Shown: positions 9,938-23,079 of the stretch, piece after piece
Layout of the letters: each line of letters begins with the position of its first letter
How positions within the stretch are numbered: position 1 is the stretch's first letter
Assembly (NCBI GenBank): GCA_004431415.1
Contig: QPMI01000493.1
Coordinates: 181,731 to 245,730, forward strand
Source: Cyanophora paradoxa CCMP329
Taxonomy: Eukaryota; Plantae; Glaucophyta
Direction: 5' to 3'
Length of the DNA: 64,000 nt
Notes under the pieces: generated by a model
What the model was told of the DNA's origin: nothing
What the model saw: only the letters and a program-made list of their open reading frames with translations
The model's database searches: none
Translations under genes and position numbers: made by a program

Positions 9938-12900
9938 ATGCAGCTAGACGCGGGCGACATGCATGCGCAGACGGGCCAGAAGCGTCTGCGAGGGGGCCCG
10001 CATGCGCGGGCGCGCTTCACGAGCGCGGGCGGCGCGGCCGTCGAGCCGCGCCTCGGCGCGCTTCCGGACGAGCTGCTCGTGCAAATCGTCCGCGCGGTCG
10101 GCCTGAAGGACGTCCTCATTGTGCGTCCTCATAAATTAGGTTTTTTGAGTGCGCATGCGGATTCTGATCATGACGTACGCGTGCGCCCCGCGGCCGGCCG
10201 CGGCGCAGTGCCGTCCGTACCAGGTCTGCCGTCGCCTGCGCGGGGTGCTCCGGAATATTGTATGGGACGAGCTCGACCTCGCGCCGTCCGAGGCGGAGAT
10301 CCACGCGGCGGAGGAGTCCGACGAGAAGTCCACGGACACGCACGCCCAGTTCAACGCGAGCCATATGCTCCGGCTCAGGCGGGTGCTTGCGTCCCTGCAT
10401 CCAGAGGCGGGTTTCGCGGCGTGGGGCAGCGCGCGGGCCGTCCGCCTCCGATTCAGCTCCGTCGCGGAGAACGACGCTGAAATTGAGGAGGCATACGCGA
10501 CTGTGGAGCTCGTGTCGAGCCTTGCGCGCGCCTCGCCGTCGATCGGCGAGGCGCGCGTCCAGTTTCGCGAAATGAACAAATGGGAACTATTCGAGGAGAG
10601 GCATGTATTCGCTACCGGGCACCCGCACGACGGGAGGTGGCCACGCATCTCTTCGCTGATTGCAGCGCTCGGCGCGATGCCGAACCTGTCTCGAGTGCGG
10701 TGATTTATATTGATCCCTTGAGCTTTTTCTGACCCCTCCCGGCCCTGGCCTTGCATCAATATCGCCGATCTTTGACTTTCACGCGTGCAACAGCTCGAGC
10801 TGGGTCGCGATATGGAGATGTACGGCGGGTTTGTAGTGTGCATGTATACATCTAAATAATCGACATCAAGCCGGGGCCGAGTTTTGGTAGCTATGCGTCG
10901 GATCCACGCGCAAAGCCTGGCCCCGTGGCATAATAATTATTTCAAGAGTCAGCCTGCTTAATTTAGAGTAAATGTAAACGTGCACACTCGAAGCGCTATC
11001 GCTTAGATCAAATATCTAAATACAGCGAGGCCCCTAGCTATAGCTCTAATTGTCCGCGGGATCGTAATCGAGCTCGTCGCCCTCCTCGTCCCCCTCGCCG
11101 GCCCCACCCTCCTCGGCAGTGGTGTTGGTTGCGGCCTGGTTATTGGTGACCGCCGGCGCCGAGGACGAGGAAGCGGACGGAGCCGACACTGTCACCACAG
11201 CAGCCGCAGCGGCGGCCGCAGCAGCATTTGCAGCGAGGCTACAAACGAGCCGAGCATCAGTGAAACGCCGAGAGGAATGAACGAAAGGAACGTGGGGAGC
11301 TCACGTGAGGTGGACCGGCAAATCGAAGAAGCGCGACGGCCAGTTGACGTTTGTGCTCACCATATAGTCCTTGAACTCGGCGAGGATCACACGCAGACTC
11401 CATTCCTTCTCACCGTACGGCTCCTGACATATAAATAAAGAGAGAGAGATCGAACAGCATCAGCGATGGCCATCGGAACCAAGGGTGAAGTAACCAACCA
11501 GCGAACCTGGATTGTGGGTCTGCCCGGCATGAAGAAGCAGGGCGGAATGACCTTCACGTGCGGAGTGCAAAGACGATCCTCGTCGCTCCCACCTCCGACT
11601 GGCAAAGTCTCAACCAGGACAAGACGGCCGTCCTGTTCCCGAGGCTTACAGATGAACGCGCCCGCAGCCCCCAATTTCTCATGCACGAGAACGCAGTTGA
11701 TACGAACACCGTACTTGAACATGGGGTGGACCTCCGACCCTTTGCGGAGTTCCTCCGGCAACGGCACAGCCTCGAACGAGAAGGGGACGCCGGCACACGA
11801 AGTGATCACCAGGGAGCCGCTAGTGCCGAACCGGTGACGCCACACTGCCTCGTCCAAGTGTGGGAAGCAGTCGACGGCGAACACATCATGCGACAACAGG
11901 CTTGGCGTCTTGTTCTCGAAGGCACAATTGAAGTGGCCGTAGTGCTTCTCAACGGAGAAGTCGTGGCCGAAGTAAGCGATCGGCCCACGGACAAGTCCTC
12001 ATGAAACGCAGGCGAGACGTTGAAGAATTCGAGCCGCTCGGAGTCCGCGGGGGAAGGGGACGCGACGAAGACCTCGAAGAGCGGCACACCGGTTTTCTCA
12101 CAGCGGTCGTTCTCAGACAAGAAACCGTACGATCCGCGGACGAGGAACATGTTCTGCCACTTGGTGTTCGACCCCAGGAGACCCTTGCCAAGACGGGCCC
12201 ACCCGAGAGCCCCAGGGCCGCCGAGGGCCTCGCGATCATCATCGTCACAGAAGATCAGCTCGTCACCTTGCATGGTCCACTTGCGCCGATTCCCATCCTC
12301 TGCGCAGAGTTCAGATACGGAATGAGAGATGGCGTCACTGGCAACGTATACGTACGACCAAGGAGCGAGGTGAAGGTCTGCGACTCCAATGGAAAGAAGG
12401 CGACGACTGTAGAGACTGCATCAACAATGAAGATGGGACGCAATCCAGCGCAGTGCATGATAAAGCGGAGTTGCGACTGAGTGGCCTTGAGGCTGATCAG
12501 CTGCGAGATTGGAGAGGGCTCCGGCTGCGGAAATTGCTGAAGATGTTTACGCGGTGGACCACGTACAACCAAGTCGTGGGTGGACGGTGATATGTCGGTT
12601 ACAAAGACATTGCGTGCAGTGATCCACTGCGGCTTGAACGCGGTGCTGACGCCACGCCGTATATCACTGAGCACGGACTTCAACTGCGAGCGGGATCCTC
12701 AATACTCGGTCATATACGCTTTTTCAGAGAGAGAGAGAGAGATTATATATGATTACGGACCGTGCGACGGCCTTTTTTGTTGATCAGATTTAGTGCGACG
12801 ACCCTGGTTTAACCAGCCGCAGGCTACGTGACTACCGACGATTGTTTTCTTCCCGGAATTTCAGATTTCGCTGGAATTCCTTGTCGCGATCGGGCATTGT

Positions 12901-15243
12901 TTTAGTATTTTTCTACGCCGCCCCCGCGTGACGATAGAGCTCTCACAACGATTTTAGTGTCAAAGGGAACCTACTAGGCTACAGATTTAGTGTCTAGCTT
13001 ATAAAGTACGTCCTGAGGAGCTCTCTTGCTAAGTACGTTCCGAGGAGCTCTTTTGGTTAATACCTTCCGAGGAGCTCTAACTAGAGACCACGGGCTCTGT
13101 GTGCCATCGTGCGGAGATCACTCCACAGTTCGAGTCCGGTCCTAAAAGTCACAGTTGCCGAGTCGGCACAGCGTTCTAGCATGAATACGAGCCTGGCTTG
13201 CCGGTCCGCGATCTGAGTGTTGCGGCAGGCTGGGCACTGGAAGGGCTGGAGTGTCTACGTCGACGTACGAACTCGCTGCCTAATTGATTGGCAACCGAGC
13301 GTACCCGGGGATTTCTGTCATAGCTGCTGAGCCTAGCCTCTCAAGCGCTTGTCAGACATCTTTTGGCGTGAGCTAAAAGTAGATTCCTTACATCTCTAAT
13401 CCACCTTTAAGGCTTAATCTTCGTCTGTGGTGCGTGTGTGTGCAGTTAGGACCCGCTTTCCTGCTTGCGCTGCACCCAGATCAGCTGCTGCTGTATATAT
13501 ATATAAGGGGCGCGCCTTGCTATCCCGGGCCACCACTATAGGTTCTTTTCATGGTTGGATTTTATCCAGAACAAGGACGCCAAGGTGGCTGTCGTGTTGG
13601 CGCCCTTCACCTCCCTGCAGCACATCAGCATCCCGTTTCCCGTTGGGGCCAACTTTGCCCGGGCTCTCCTGGCCGCGCTCCCCGCGCTCCGGTCTGTTAG
13701 CTTGAACGTACCCGTTAACTTCCTTCGACGGGTGGCGCGGCTTCTTCTCGCGGAGTCCCGCATCGACAGCGTCGAGCTCTGCCTGACCAGGCCGGTGCGA
13801 ATCGAGCTCATGACCGAGCGCGCAACGTTTAACATCTGCGGTCGTGAATTATAAGTCATCAATCGTAGACGAGCTTGAGGCGCAGGCGCCAGCGGACTTT
13901 GATTTGTCAGACGATCGCGAGGACGCGTTCGAGGCCATCGGTGTTCTATATAACTTCGTGGATGGACTAGAAGCTCTCGCAGGCTCAGCCCGCGCTTCGC
14001 AGGTGCGCGATAACCGTCCGGCGTGCTCCCAATAATAGAAAAGCCTCGGTTTTTGCGCCACACTCAAGGTTCTCAGGTCCTGCAAAACCTCGAGATCTCG
14101 CACGAACTGGAATGCATAATGCCAATGAGTCAGGAAGGCTTGATGCGCTTCAGTAACGCGCTTTCGCGGCTGTCGGGCCTCGAGCGGCTCTCGTTTCCGG
14201 TGCTGCAAGCCCTCGCGCCGTCTCTGCACGAGCCCTTTACAGCAACCTATAAATTAGCTCGCCCTTACCGATCTCCGCTTGCGGCAACTTATACTTAATT
14301 CGACGGTCCGCCCGTGTTCGTTGCAGGTCAATCAGTCTCTCTTGCGATGCGCGGCACCCCTTGCCCGCCTTGTAAACCTCAAAGAAGTCTGCGTAAGGTG
14401 CGAATTTAATTTAGCTCGTTCCTGCGCATGCAAGTTCATGATCGTTTACCTGACATCATATATGTGCGCATGCAGACTCCAGGAGGTTCCATCGGCATCC
14501 GACGCACAGCCTTTCTTCGACGCCATCGCCTCAATCGATGGCCTCTTTGCGATTGACTTCGAGGTCAAACAATTCCAAAACTTTCAATGCGTCCGATCGC
14601 GATTTATTCGTGCTCACCACAGATCGAGTCGAAGTTATTCTCAGAATCTCGTGCGCGTGGCCAGCTCTACCTTGCAATCGAGTTGGCGGCTCGAATGCGG
14701 TCCAAACTACGGCGCTTTACGGTTTCGCAGGTGCCTGTTTTCAATTTCGCATAAGCAACCTTTACTTCATGATCAATTCAATTTCTTTTTGAGATACTTT
14801 TATGCGCTTGCATTTGGTCGATCATGCGTTTCGAATTTACCGTTTGAAATATGCATGCGCAGCTGGACACGGAGGCTGGGGTCGAGGCTCTGGGCGCTTT
14901 GCAGCCGTTGCCTGGCCTCACCTTGAAGACGGACCTGTCGCTCGTGCCCCTCGCGGATCGCCCGCGGCTCCTCCGCGCCTGCGCCGCCGCCCTGGCCGCC
15001 GCCGGCCGCCTCGATCTCCGCGTCCTCGTCGAGAGCCGGGACGCGCACGACCTGGCGCCCCTGTCCCTCGTCGCGCCCCTCGGCAACCGCCTCCGGATCG
15101 CCGTCGAGATCGCCGAGCAAAAGGACCCGGACCTGCGCATCGCGGAGGAGGACCGCACGCGCCTCCGGCGCACGGCGCGCGCGCTCCTTCGCGGCTGGTT
15201 CGCCGGATCGGAGTGGAGCCTTCACCAGCGCCTGGAGTATTGA
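9938..15243 (+). CDS. F-box protein with degenerate LRR-like repeats, multi-exon, one 2.7-kb intron
   Basis: N-terminal F-box-like LGALPDELLVQIVRAV...VCRRLR. Downstream LxxLxL-type segments (LPALRSVSL, LSGLERLSF, LVNLKEV). Donor at 10829 joins acceptor at 13541 in frame (MYG|GFFSWLDFIQN). Stop at 15241-15243. Confidence 0.7.
11046..12700 (-). CDS. Hypothetical spliced or frameshifted gene inside the insertion; Ala-rich and acidic C-terminal tail
   Basis: Overlapping protein-like minus ORFs 12255-12683, 11806-12273 and 11387-11896. GTGAG donor near 11304. Last exon reads AAAAAAAAVVTVSAPSASSS...EEGDELDYDPADN-stop (11046-11048). Confidence 0.5.
13004..13078. repeat. Three 27-bp tandem units with a GAGGAGCTCT core
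   Basis: GAGGAGCTCT starts at 13015, 13042 and 13069. Confidence 0.8.
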
Positions 15244-15310
15244 TATTTCTGCGCAAGCGTGTGCACACGCGTACTTGTACTTCTGCTGATCATGATCGCA
15301 TGTAATGTGT

Positions 15311-16390
15311 TGTTAAGGCCGTATGGTCGTACCCGGATTGCTTTTTCGACTGAATATTATATTTCAGTTGTCAAGCCTCGCTTACGGAATTATCGGGACG
15401 AGTAGCTCTCGAAGATCTGGCGTTGCACGCAGTACTACTGCGTAGGCCAGCCTAGGATGTGAGCTAGGCTGCAACGGATACGGATAGGCCACAACGTGGC
15501 ACAGGGAATCCGAATACTATGCGAGCATTAATATAGCTACCTAGCTCAAGAAGCTAGACGTAATTATCTTTACGAGCCTGACTCAGTGATAAGCTCGAGT
15601 CGGCTTGAAGCTGGTGCAGACTCCGACCCTCGAGTCTCGAGATTGATAACGGCATCGAGGGTAACGACGTACCTATCAGCATTGAGCTACATGGCCAGCA
15701 GGTACTAGTAGTAGGCGCTAGGCGTCGAGTACTACCGGGCAGCGCCGGTCTACAGTGGCACTGCCGCAGTGCGGCGGCTGACCGCAGTGCCAGGCCCTGT
15801 ACGTGGCAGCCTCTGCAGCAGCTGCAGCTGCCGGCTGCAGGCTGTAGGCTGCAGCCTCACTAGGATCGGAATCAGTGCGTGACTATTGGCTGAAACCCTG
15901 CACGGTGATTGGTCGCCAGACGCCTTTTTCGGGCGACGGGTAATTGAAGGGTGTACCCCGGTCGGATGATTGGGCCAAGTCTTAACCCGGCAGATTTCGC
16001 AGCTCGGGCTCACTTTAAGGAGCGCACCGGATCGCTGCAAAGCTGCAGCGAGCTCGGTGTCGACGCGACCACCACCTGAGGCACTTCACGTTCATCTGGT
16101 GCCCTGAGTCTGATTCCTACGATCCCTTCCCCTGATTCTTGTGAATCTTGGTGCTGATCAAAACCCGCGTTTTTAGGCTCAAAATGTCAGACTCCAAGGG
16201 ATCTTCTGTCAATAACAAGACTCCGCCCTTTGCGGCCGACTTCCCGGGCTTGGTTGGGAAGCACGGCCATAACTGGGACGGGCAGTTCGCCGCTCTTGGG
16301 AAGCCTGAGGTTGGTCTTTTCTTACTTAATTGTGGGATCTCCGGGATAGTTCAGGAGCCTTGATCCGAAGAGGTTCTAGTCACCTTTTTA
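15311..16390 (+). repeat. 5' LTR (1080 bp)
   Basis: tgttaaggccgtatggtcg...gtcaccttttta; matches 23080-24163 except for three small indels and a few substitutions. Confidence 0.95.
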
Positions 16391-16434
16391 TGGCGGTCTG
16401 CTGCTTCATCTGTCGTATCCTCACGGGGAGACAC

Positions 16435-16940
16435 GTGAGCGCATCGTGATCCCAGTTTCCCTGCGGAAGGAAATTATTAAGGAAGCGCATAGCGGCTTCG
16501 GATCGGGACACGGCGGTTATCATGCAACGAATAATCGACTTCGAAAGAAGTGCGCGAGTTTCTCACCTCGATGGGAATTAAATTGGTGATCATGCCAGCA
16601 TATACGCCGCAAGCGAAAGGTGTGCTGGAACGCGGACATCAGACGCTGGAAGCCAAAATCCGCAGCTTAGCTAGTGATCGTAAGACGCACTGGACACGTG
16701 TGGTCGGCGAGGCACTGCTAGCTATGCGCACGACGGTTTCTCAAGCTACGGGATTCACGCCGTTCCGGCTCATGCGCGGATATGATCCTTATCTCCCGAT
16801 CGATCTACACTACGCGTCACTGCCTACGCTCGCAGAGGGCGCGCCGCGGCTCACGGCAGTCGAGGCGCAGACAGCAGCGTTTGGACCCGCAAAGACTACG
16901 GTGGCGGCCGACGCAGTGGACGAAGATGCGGTCTGGATCC
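16435..16940 (+). pseudogene. Integrase fragment (partial zinc-binding region fused by deletion to the second half of the catalytic core)
   Basis: IVIPVSLRKEIIKEAHSGFGSGHGG followed by PAYTPQAKGVLERGHQTL...WTRVVGEALLAMRTTVSQATGFTPF. Confidence 0.85.
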
Positions 16941-17481
16941 GCGATTCCGCCTGTACGAACGGCTGGCGCTTAGTAGCCAACAAGCACAGCAGCGCGGGAC
17001 GTATGCGTACACATATGCGATGCCGCTGGCGTTCGGACGCAACTGCAGCAGCAGCGGCTATGATATATATAGCTGGTATAGCTAAGCAGCTCACTTTTAC
17101 GAGCCCTGGCCCCGCGCTTCTGAAGCCGTCTACACGTCGACCCCCTAAGCTGCGAGGCGCACAGGCAACTGCAGCGGGCGGCGTTGAACACGCTGAGGCC
17201 GATATGGGCACAGATATCGAAGGCGATATGCATACGTATACGCGTCAAATGCATAGACAGGCACAGTTAGCCGAACAGCATATGCAGGCAGCGGACTCGA
17301 CCAGCTCGAGCGGCAATGCCACAGCTGCAGCTGAAGCTGAAGCTGGTACTAGTACTGATAACAATGCTAGCCTTGGCCTTGGCAGCTCTAGATCTGGGGA
17401 TGGCATGCGCAGTGCGGTGCCCGCGCACTCTTCAACTACCACTAGTACTGCTAGTAGTGCGGCACGCGGCCCGGAAATTAA

Positions 17482-20400
17482 CTAGGGGCCCGGCCGCGTT
17501 TGGCGCGCCGGGGGTGCAAGGGGGGAGTCGGGATCTAATGAAAGAGTAATAGTGGCACGAACATGCACGGGGCAGATGTAGATCGACCCCGGCCCAGCGC
17601 GCGCGGCAGGTTGAAGTAGTAAAGATAGACACAGATTATACATGATTGAAAAGAATAGAAAAGGGCTGATATGCAGACGCTGCGATCTAACCGAATAAAG
17701 AAAAGCCTGAATGAAAGGCCAGATTCAGCGCACTGTATATGAAAGATTGTTCTGGAGCGGAAAAACGCTGCGCATCATTTTTGTTCGCGCGGCCTACCCC
17801 TAACCCTGAACAGCTGGCTAAAAGATGATGGTGTTGTCTGCAGAGGGCTCGCCGTAAACATATATAGGCTATCCAGGCCTTCCGAAGTTCTGAGGGGGTC
17901 GAGGCGGAAGTCGCCCATGGGGGTGAGCGGCAGCCAGCGGCGGCGGTCCTGAAGAGAGCCGTCTTGCGAGAGCATGGTGAGGCGGCCCGCCGCTTCGAGC
18001 GCCCGCAGAGCCACGCGGCTGGCGCGCTGCTCGCTCCCGCCGCGCATCTGGTAGACAAGGTCTTGAATTTCGATATCCGCGAGGCCGGCGTCACGGAGGC
18101 GCTTGAGGACTCGGACGAGTTGCTGCTGCACTCGGACTCGACTACATCTTCCGCAGCCTCTGCGTTGCGGGCAACGTCACTTCATCGATCGGGTCCAACA
18201 ACGCAGCACAAAAATTACCTCGGGCGTGTGCAGCCTCGTGCTGGCGAAGAGAAGGAGCCGACGGACAGACAATAGAGCATGAGACATGTCGGAAGGTACA
18301 GTCTGCGGCGAGCACTTCGCACGCTCGATGTGCCGGTCGAACGAGAACTTGTCTGTACATGTGAAAAGCCGTTTGCAGGTGCTGCACGACATCTGGGGCG
18401 AACGCACTGAGGGATAGCATTAAGGACCAGGTGCCAAACGGCGCACCGCTCTCCAACGCGGCCCGGGATGTTGGAAACTGAGCCGTTGCACTTCCCGGCT
18501 CACCGACTATTCCGCTACTCGCAATACGCCCGAGAGCGAATTTCGAGCATCTGGGCGATGGGCGGGCGCCGCCGCGGCCACGGGGCTTGAGTCGACGCCA
18601 GCGTGATTGAGATCGTTTTCAATATTAATCGAAGCCTATACACGATCAGCTGACCCGCCATTGCAGCGCCCGCGTTTTGAGGAAGGTTCCTGCGCAGCAT
18701 TTTAGCGATTTGAAGAAGTCTCTTGAGATTCATTACGCACTGCGCACGGCGATGGCGGGAAAGCCTGCAGCAACACGTCATTCACATTATTCGGGCTGAC
18801 TCTATCGAGATCGCAAACCTGATTGATTTGACGGGTCGGCGCTACTCTAATGTTCTTCTCAGACAGTTGAAACGCTCCTGTCTCAGCGTGCGGCGGTTGA
18901 AACGCTTCAGGCTGAGCGTACACGTCAATGCGGCCGCCCGGGCCGGGAGATACATGTCAACTAACGACAGGGTACCGCCAGAGGAAGAGGCGACGATAAG
19001 CCTGTGGGAGGGCTTCTGTGGTCTTCAGCTGCGGCGATCTGTGTATGCAATATGAACGGAACAGGGACACTGCAGTTGCACTGCCCCTGTTGGAGGGGAA
19101 GGACCTCTAAAGGTTGAGCAGGAAAGTTCACCCCTGCAGCTGGTCACGTTAGCTTTGAGCCGAGATAGTGTGGACTAGTGTGGAGATAGATAGTGAGCCG
19201 GTGCTTTTCAGAAGTGGGGGAGCTCGAGGACGAGATCTAGCTCAGCGGAGGACTAGATCTTGAGAAGCGCCGCCGCCCGCCGCGCCTCCGCCGCGGCGCC
19301 CCGCCCTGCGCCTCCGCCCTCCGCCCTGCCCGTCGAGACGCGCCGCCGCCCGCCGCGACTCCGCCCCGCCCGGATAGCCGCTCCGCCGCCCGCAGCGCCT
19401 CCGCCCCGCCCGGCGAGCTGCTCCGCCGCCCGCCGTGCCTCCGCCCCGCCCGGCGACCCGCGCCGCCGCCCGCCGCGCCTCCGCCCCGCCCGCGAGCCGC
19501 GCCGCCGCCTGCTGCGCCTCCGCCCCGAGGAGCGGGAGGAGCCCGGCGGCCGCGCCGCCGCGCCGGCGTTGGCCGGCTTCGGCGCGGGCGGAGGCTAGGC
19601 GCCGGCGCAGCGGCAGGCGCTTAGCGTACTAGCGCGGACGCGTACGAGGAGTGCAGCAAGGCGGACGGGCGTGCCGTCAACGGAGGCGGAGGCCGAGGTC
19701 TTGGAGGTGATGTGATGCTTGCTAGCGGCTCAACCCGGTCGATTGCATGCGGTTGCAATTGCAAATGCAAGACTGAGGGTGGCAAGCATGAGTCATGCAA
19801 CCGGACCCTTCCCCCGCGGCAGAGGAAGCGACGAGCACAGCTGGGCAGCATGCGCACCGATGGAACAGATGCGATGTACATGTTGATGCCCAGCTGCGAC
19901 GCTCGCTGCTGCGCTTAGCGGGTTCGCGGGAAGTGAGATCTAGAGGGCGGCGGGGCGGTCGCGATCGAAGGCTGCAGCTGGAATCGGCCGGAACCTGGAG
20001 CGGCCGGAATCGGTGCCTAGCTATATAGGGCGGCGCGGCGGTGGACGAGTTCGTACCTGGTGCGGCCGGAATCGGTGGAGCGTGGAGCGTGGCAGCGCCG
20101 ACGGCAGCGCCACACGCGGCGCCGGCGAGCGCACGAGCGAGCGCACGAGTGAGGCTCGAGTGGCCCGGCCCGGGCGAGCGATCCATGCAGCAGAGCAGAA
20201 CCTCGGCGCGCACTCGCCGTGGTCGGCGCGATGTCGACGGACGCCACACGCGGAAGTCCGGCAAGCCGATACGGTGTCGAGCAGAGCTGAACTTCGCTTT
20301 CGGATATGTCAGGCGGCAGGTCCGCACCGCGCCCTCGTCCGCCTCGGCGCGCCATGGCAAGAACGTAGTACTGCGTACCCAGCAATCGGCTCCCGACTCG

Positions 20401-21921
20401 CAGGAGCTCTTTTTCCGGCGTCCGTTACAACAGGTACTTGAGGCGGCCTAGCGGACCACCCTGTGCCCCTCCGGTCTCGGCATGTATGACATGAATCGTC
20501 GGGCGTATCAGGCGCATTCAGGCGCACTCGATCCGGCAGATATACCGCCACTTGGTGAGGCACTAGGTAGCATTTTTTGAAAATGTGTTCTTGCCCATTC
20601 CAGGTCGACCCGACGGGACCCGGATCTTCAGGTACACGTTTCCGGACTCCTAGAGACATGCCTTGCTAGGATGCGGCGAGAAATCCCGGGTTTTGGGAGG
20701 TCGGGACATTTCATTTTGGCCTAGGGTGGCACCCGAACACCCCCAAGTGGGGGAAGGGGAAGGGGGTCCTTCCCCAATAATTTCAGAAAGCTGAACGCCA
20801 ACTGAAGACTGAGCACGCACTGCTGAATTGGAAGTGCCCGGGCCCTGCGTGGCGGTGAATACGTGCGTTAGGAGCTGCATTTTTGCCATCGCGTGACTCG
20901 ATCGAAACTGCACGAACTCGAGCGCTGCGACCGTACGCGTGCTGCCGGACATGACGAAACAAGTGCTTGCGCCAGCAGAAGTGCGCATGGGCTCCCTCCG
21001 GACAATGTAAGCAAGTTCCGCCGTTGCATGATGACGACACCGTGCAGCGCTAGCCTGCGCCACCCGCCACGAAGTCCCGCCCCGGGACGACGTCTCCGGG
21101 CACAGAAGCGGCTGCAGCTCGCCGTCCCATCTGATGGGGACTTGCACAGCAGCAGACTCACGCGCGTAATTTGGCGAACCTACTACCGGGCATAAAGCTG
21201 CGGGGCAATCTGCCGAAGCAAGCACCGCGGCGAAACCGAGAAGCCAAGCAGCGAAGTGTCGACCACAACAAGAGCGCCCGGCCCGCCCGGCGTGCTCGGC
21301 TGCGGGCAGCGGCGCACGCGGTTTTGCGGTATAAGCTCGATTTCGCAGACGTGCTGAGCGCAGCAACAGAGCACGATCTAGATCTGCACGGCCGGGCGTG
21401 CTCAGCTGCAATCGCAGGTCCTGTTCGCGGCGCAGCTAGCTATAGGCAGCGGCGCAAGCTTGATGCGGTCAAAAGTAGTCCAGGCGGCACGGGTACCGTG
21501 CGGCGTACGCGGCGCAGTGCGAGGAAGCGGAAATCTAGAGGAGACAGCTAGAGAGAAGTGGTTCCATGCAGAACCGCGCAACGAAAAGCAAGGCGTACGC
21601 GGCGCACTGCAGCTGCGAGGAAGCGGAAATCTAGAGGAGACAGCTAGGGAGAACTGGTTCCATGCATAACCGCGTAAGAAATTCGAAGACCGGAGTGAGG
21701 AGAAGTTCGTTTTCCCCTCGAAAACCACTTTTCCCCTCGACTTTCATGCTCGAAAGTCGAAAGCTGACCGGTCCACCGAGCCAATCGGAATGCGAATAAA
21801 GCCCCATTTTTTTCTGGTGTTGCAAACTGGACCTCGAAAACGGCCTCATAGAAAAATTTTGGCTGAAGCGAGGGAACGGGAAGCAAGGGGGTCCCCTTCC
21901 CCCCTTGCAATATTGAACAGA
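17482..21921 (-). mobile_element. Non-autonomous Helitron-like element, copy 1, with ~2.2 kb of extra cargo
   Basis: Minus strand starts TC (21921) and ends with a GC hairpin then CTAG|T (17482). Collinear with 33277-35387 at both ends. Confidence 0.8.
19267..19620. repeat. GC-rich degenerate minisatellite (cgccgccgcccgccgcgcctccgccccgccc-like units)
   Basis: About five or six imperfect copies visible. Confidence 0.7.
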
Positions 21922-22614
21922 GGTCGACTAGCAGTAATTAAAAAGTTGGGCGAAGCTGAGGAGCCCTCCATTTCAGTTGGGCGAAGCTGAGGAGCCCTCG
22001 GACGTCGTCAAGTTGGTTGTGCTGGCCGAAGGCAACGCTGACGAGGACGTGCTGGGCAGAAAGGTAGCTCTGTCACTCCCCTCGAGGTTTATTCAGTTCA
22101 TTCACGTCTAGCGTGCAGATCCCCGAGGATATCGCGGAGTTACCTGGCAACGAAGAGCTCACGACTTTCAGTGGGCTGGAAGGCCGAGTGGTCTTCTGGC
22201 CCAAGGCCCTCCTTTCCCTCCTCCGCAGTGCTAGCTCTAGATAGTGTGCGGCTGCTAGGGCGGCGCTGTGTTGCAATTGCAGTATTCATGCATGGGCAGG
22301 GTGCACGGGGCAGGGGGGCGCGAGCGCCCGGCTGCGAAAGCCTGCTATTAATAGCTTTTCTGGGAACTCTGCCCATTACAATCGTTACTATATCTGGCAC
22401 TATCGGTACTCTATCTAATACTATCGGGACTCCTGATTTGGGATCTTCATTGACACCAAAAGTTATTGTCAAATCTGAACAGAAGTTCCCAAAGTTATGA
22501 AGTTTCCAGTATGGCGAATTTGGCAAGTTCGTAGTTCAAAGACCGCCAGACTATCGGATTCCGATCTATTGGAACTGGGGGGAGCCCCCCTAGTGTAATC
22601 AGCCGACATCAGCC

Positions 22615-23025
22615 TTGTACAGGCCGGTAGTTCAACTACCCGCTTCTAATGAAGTACTCGCGGCGTGGTTAAGAATCCACAAAAATCAGCAAATTGCTGA
22701 TTGGCGTATGGCATTTTTAAATCTGTTCAAGCAAAGCTTGAGAATTAAGCATGGCTGGATCGATAAGGGACGAAGAAGGACTTTCAAGATCGGCGACCCG
22801 GTTGATTTGTATCTACCACCGGAAAGAACAAAGAAGCCCGGGCAGGCCACCGCATCTGGTTACTCTGGACCATATATTGTTGAAGAAGTGGTGAGCAGGT
22901 CCCGCGTGAAAATTCGATCGGTGCCGGATGACCCTCGAATTTTTCATCGACCTGGGCAGTTGATTGAGGTTCATATCTCGCGGTTACGACCCTTTCCGAT
23001 CGAGAACCTCTTGTCTTTGCCTTAA
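22615..23025 (+). pseudogene. Integrase C-terminal GPY/F fragment
   Basis: RRTFKIGDPVDLY...YSGPYIVEEV...EVHISRLRPF immediately before the 3' LTR. Confidence 0.85.
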
Positions 23026-23079
23026 GGCGTCCCCGGATTGCTTTTTAGCGTCGAGGTCGACGCTTGGTGGGGGCCGGCA

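Larger units (their letters stand above)
10843..13437 (-). mobile_element. Unclassified 2.6-kb intronic insertion
   Basis: Flanked by direct repeat GTGTGCA (10836-10842 and 13438-13444). Removing it leaves an ordinary ~110-nt intron. GC is lower than in the host exons. Confidence 0.55.
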
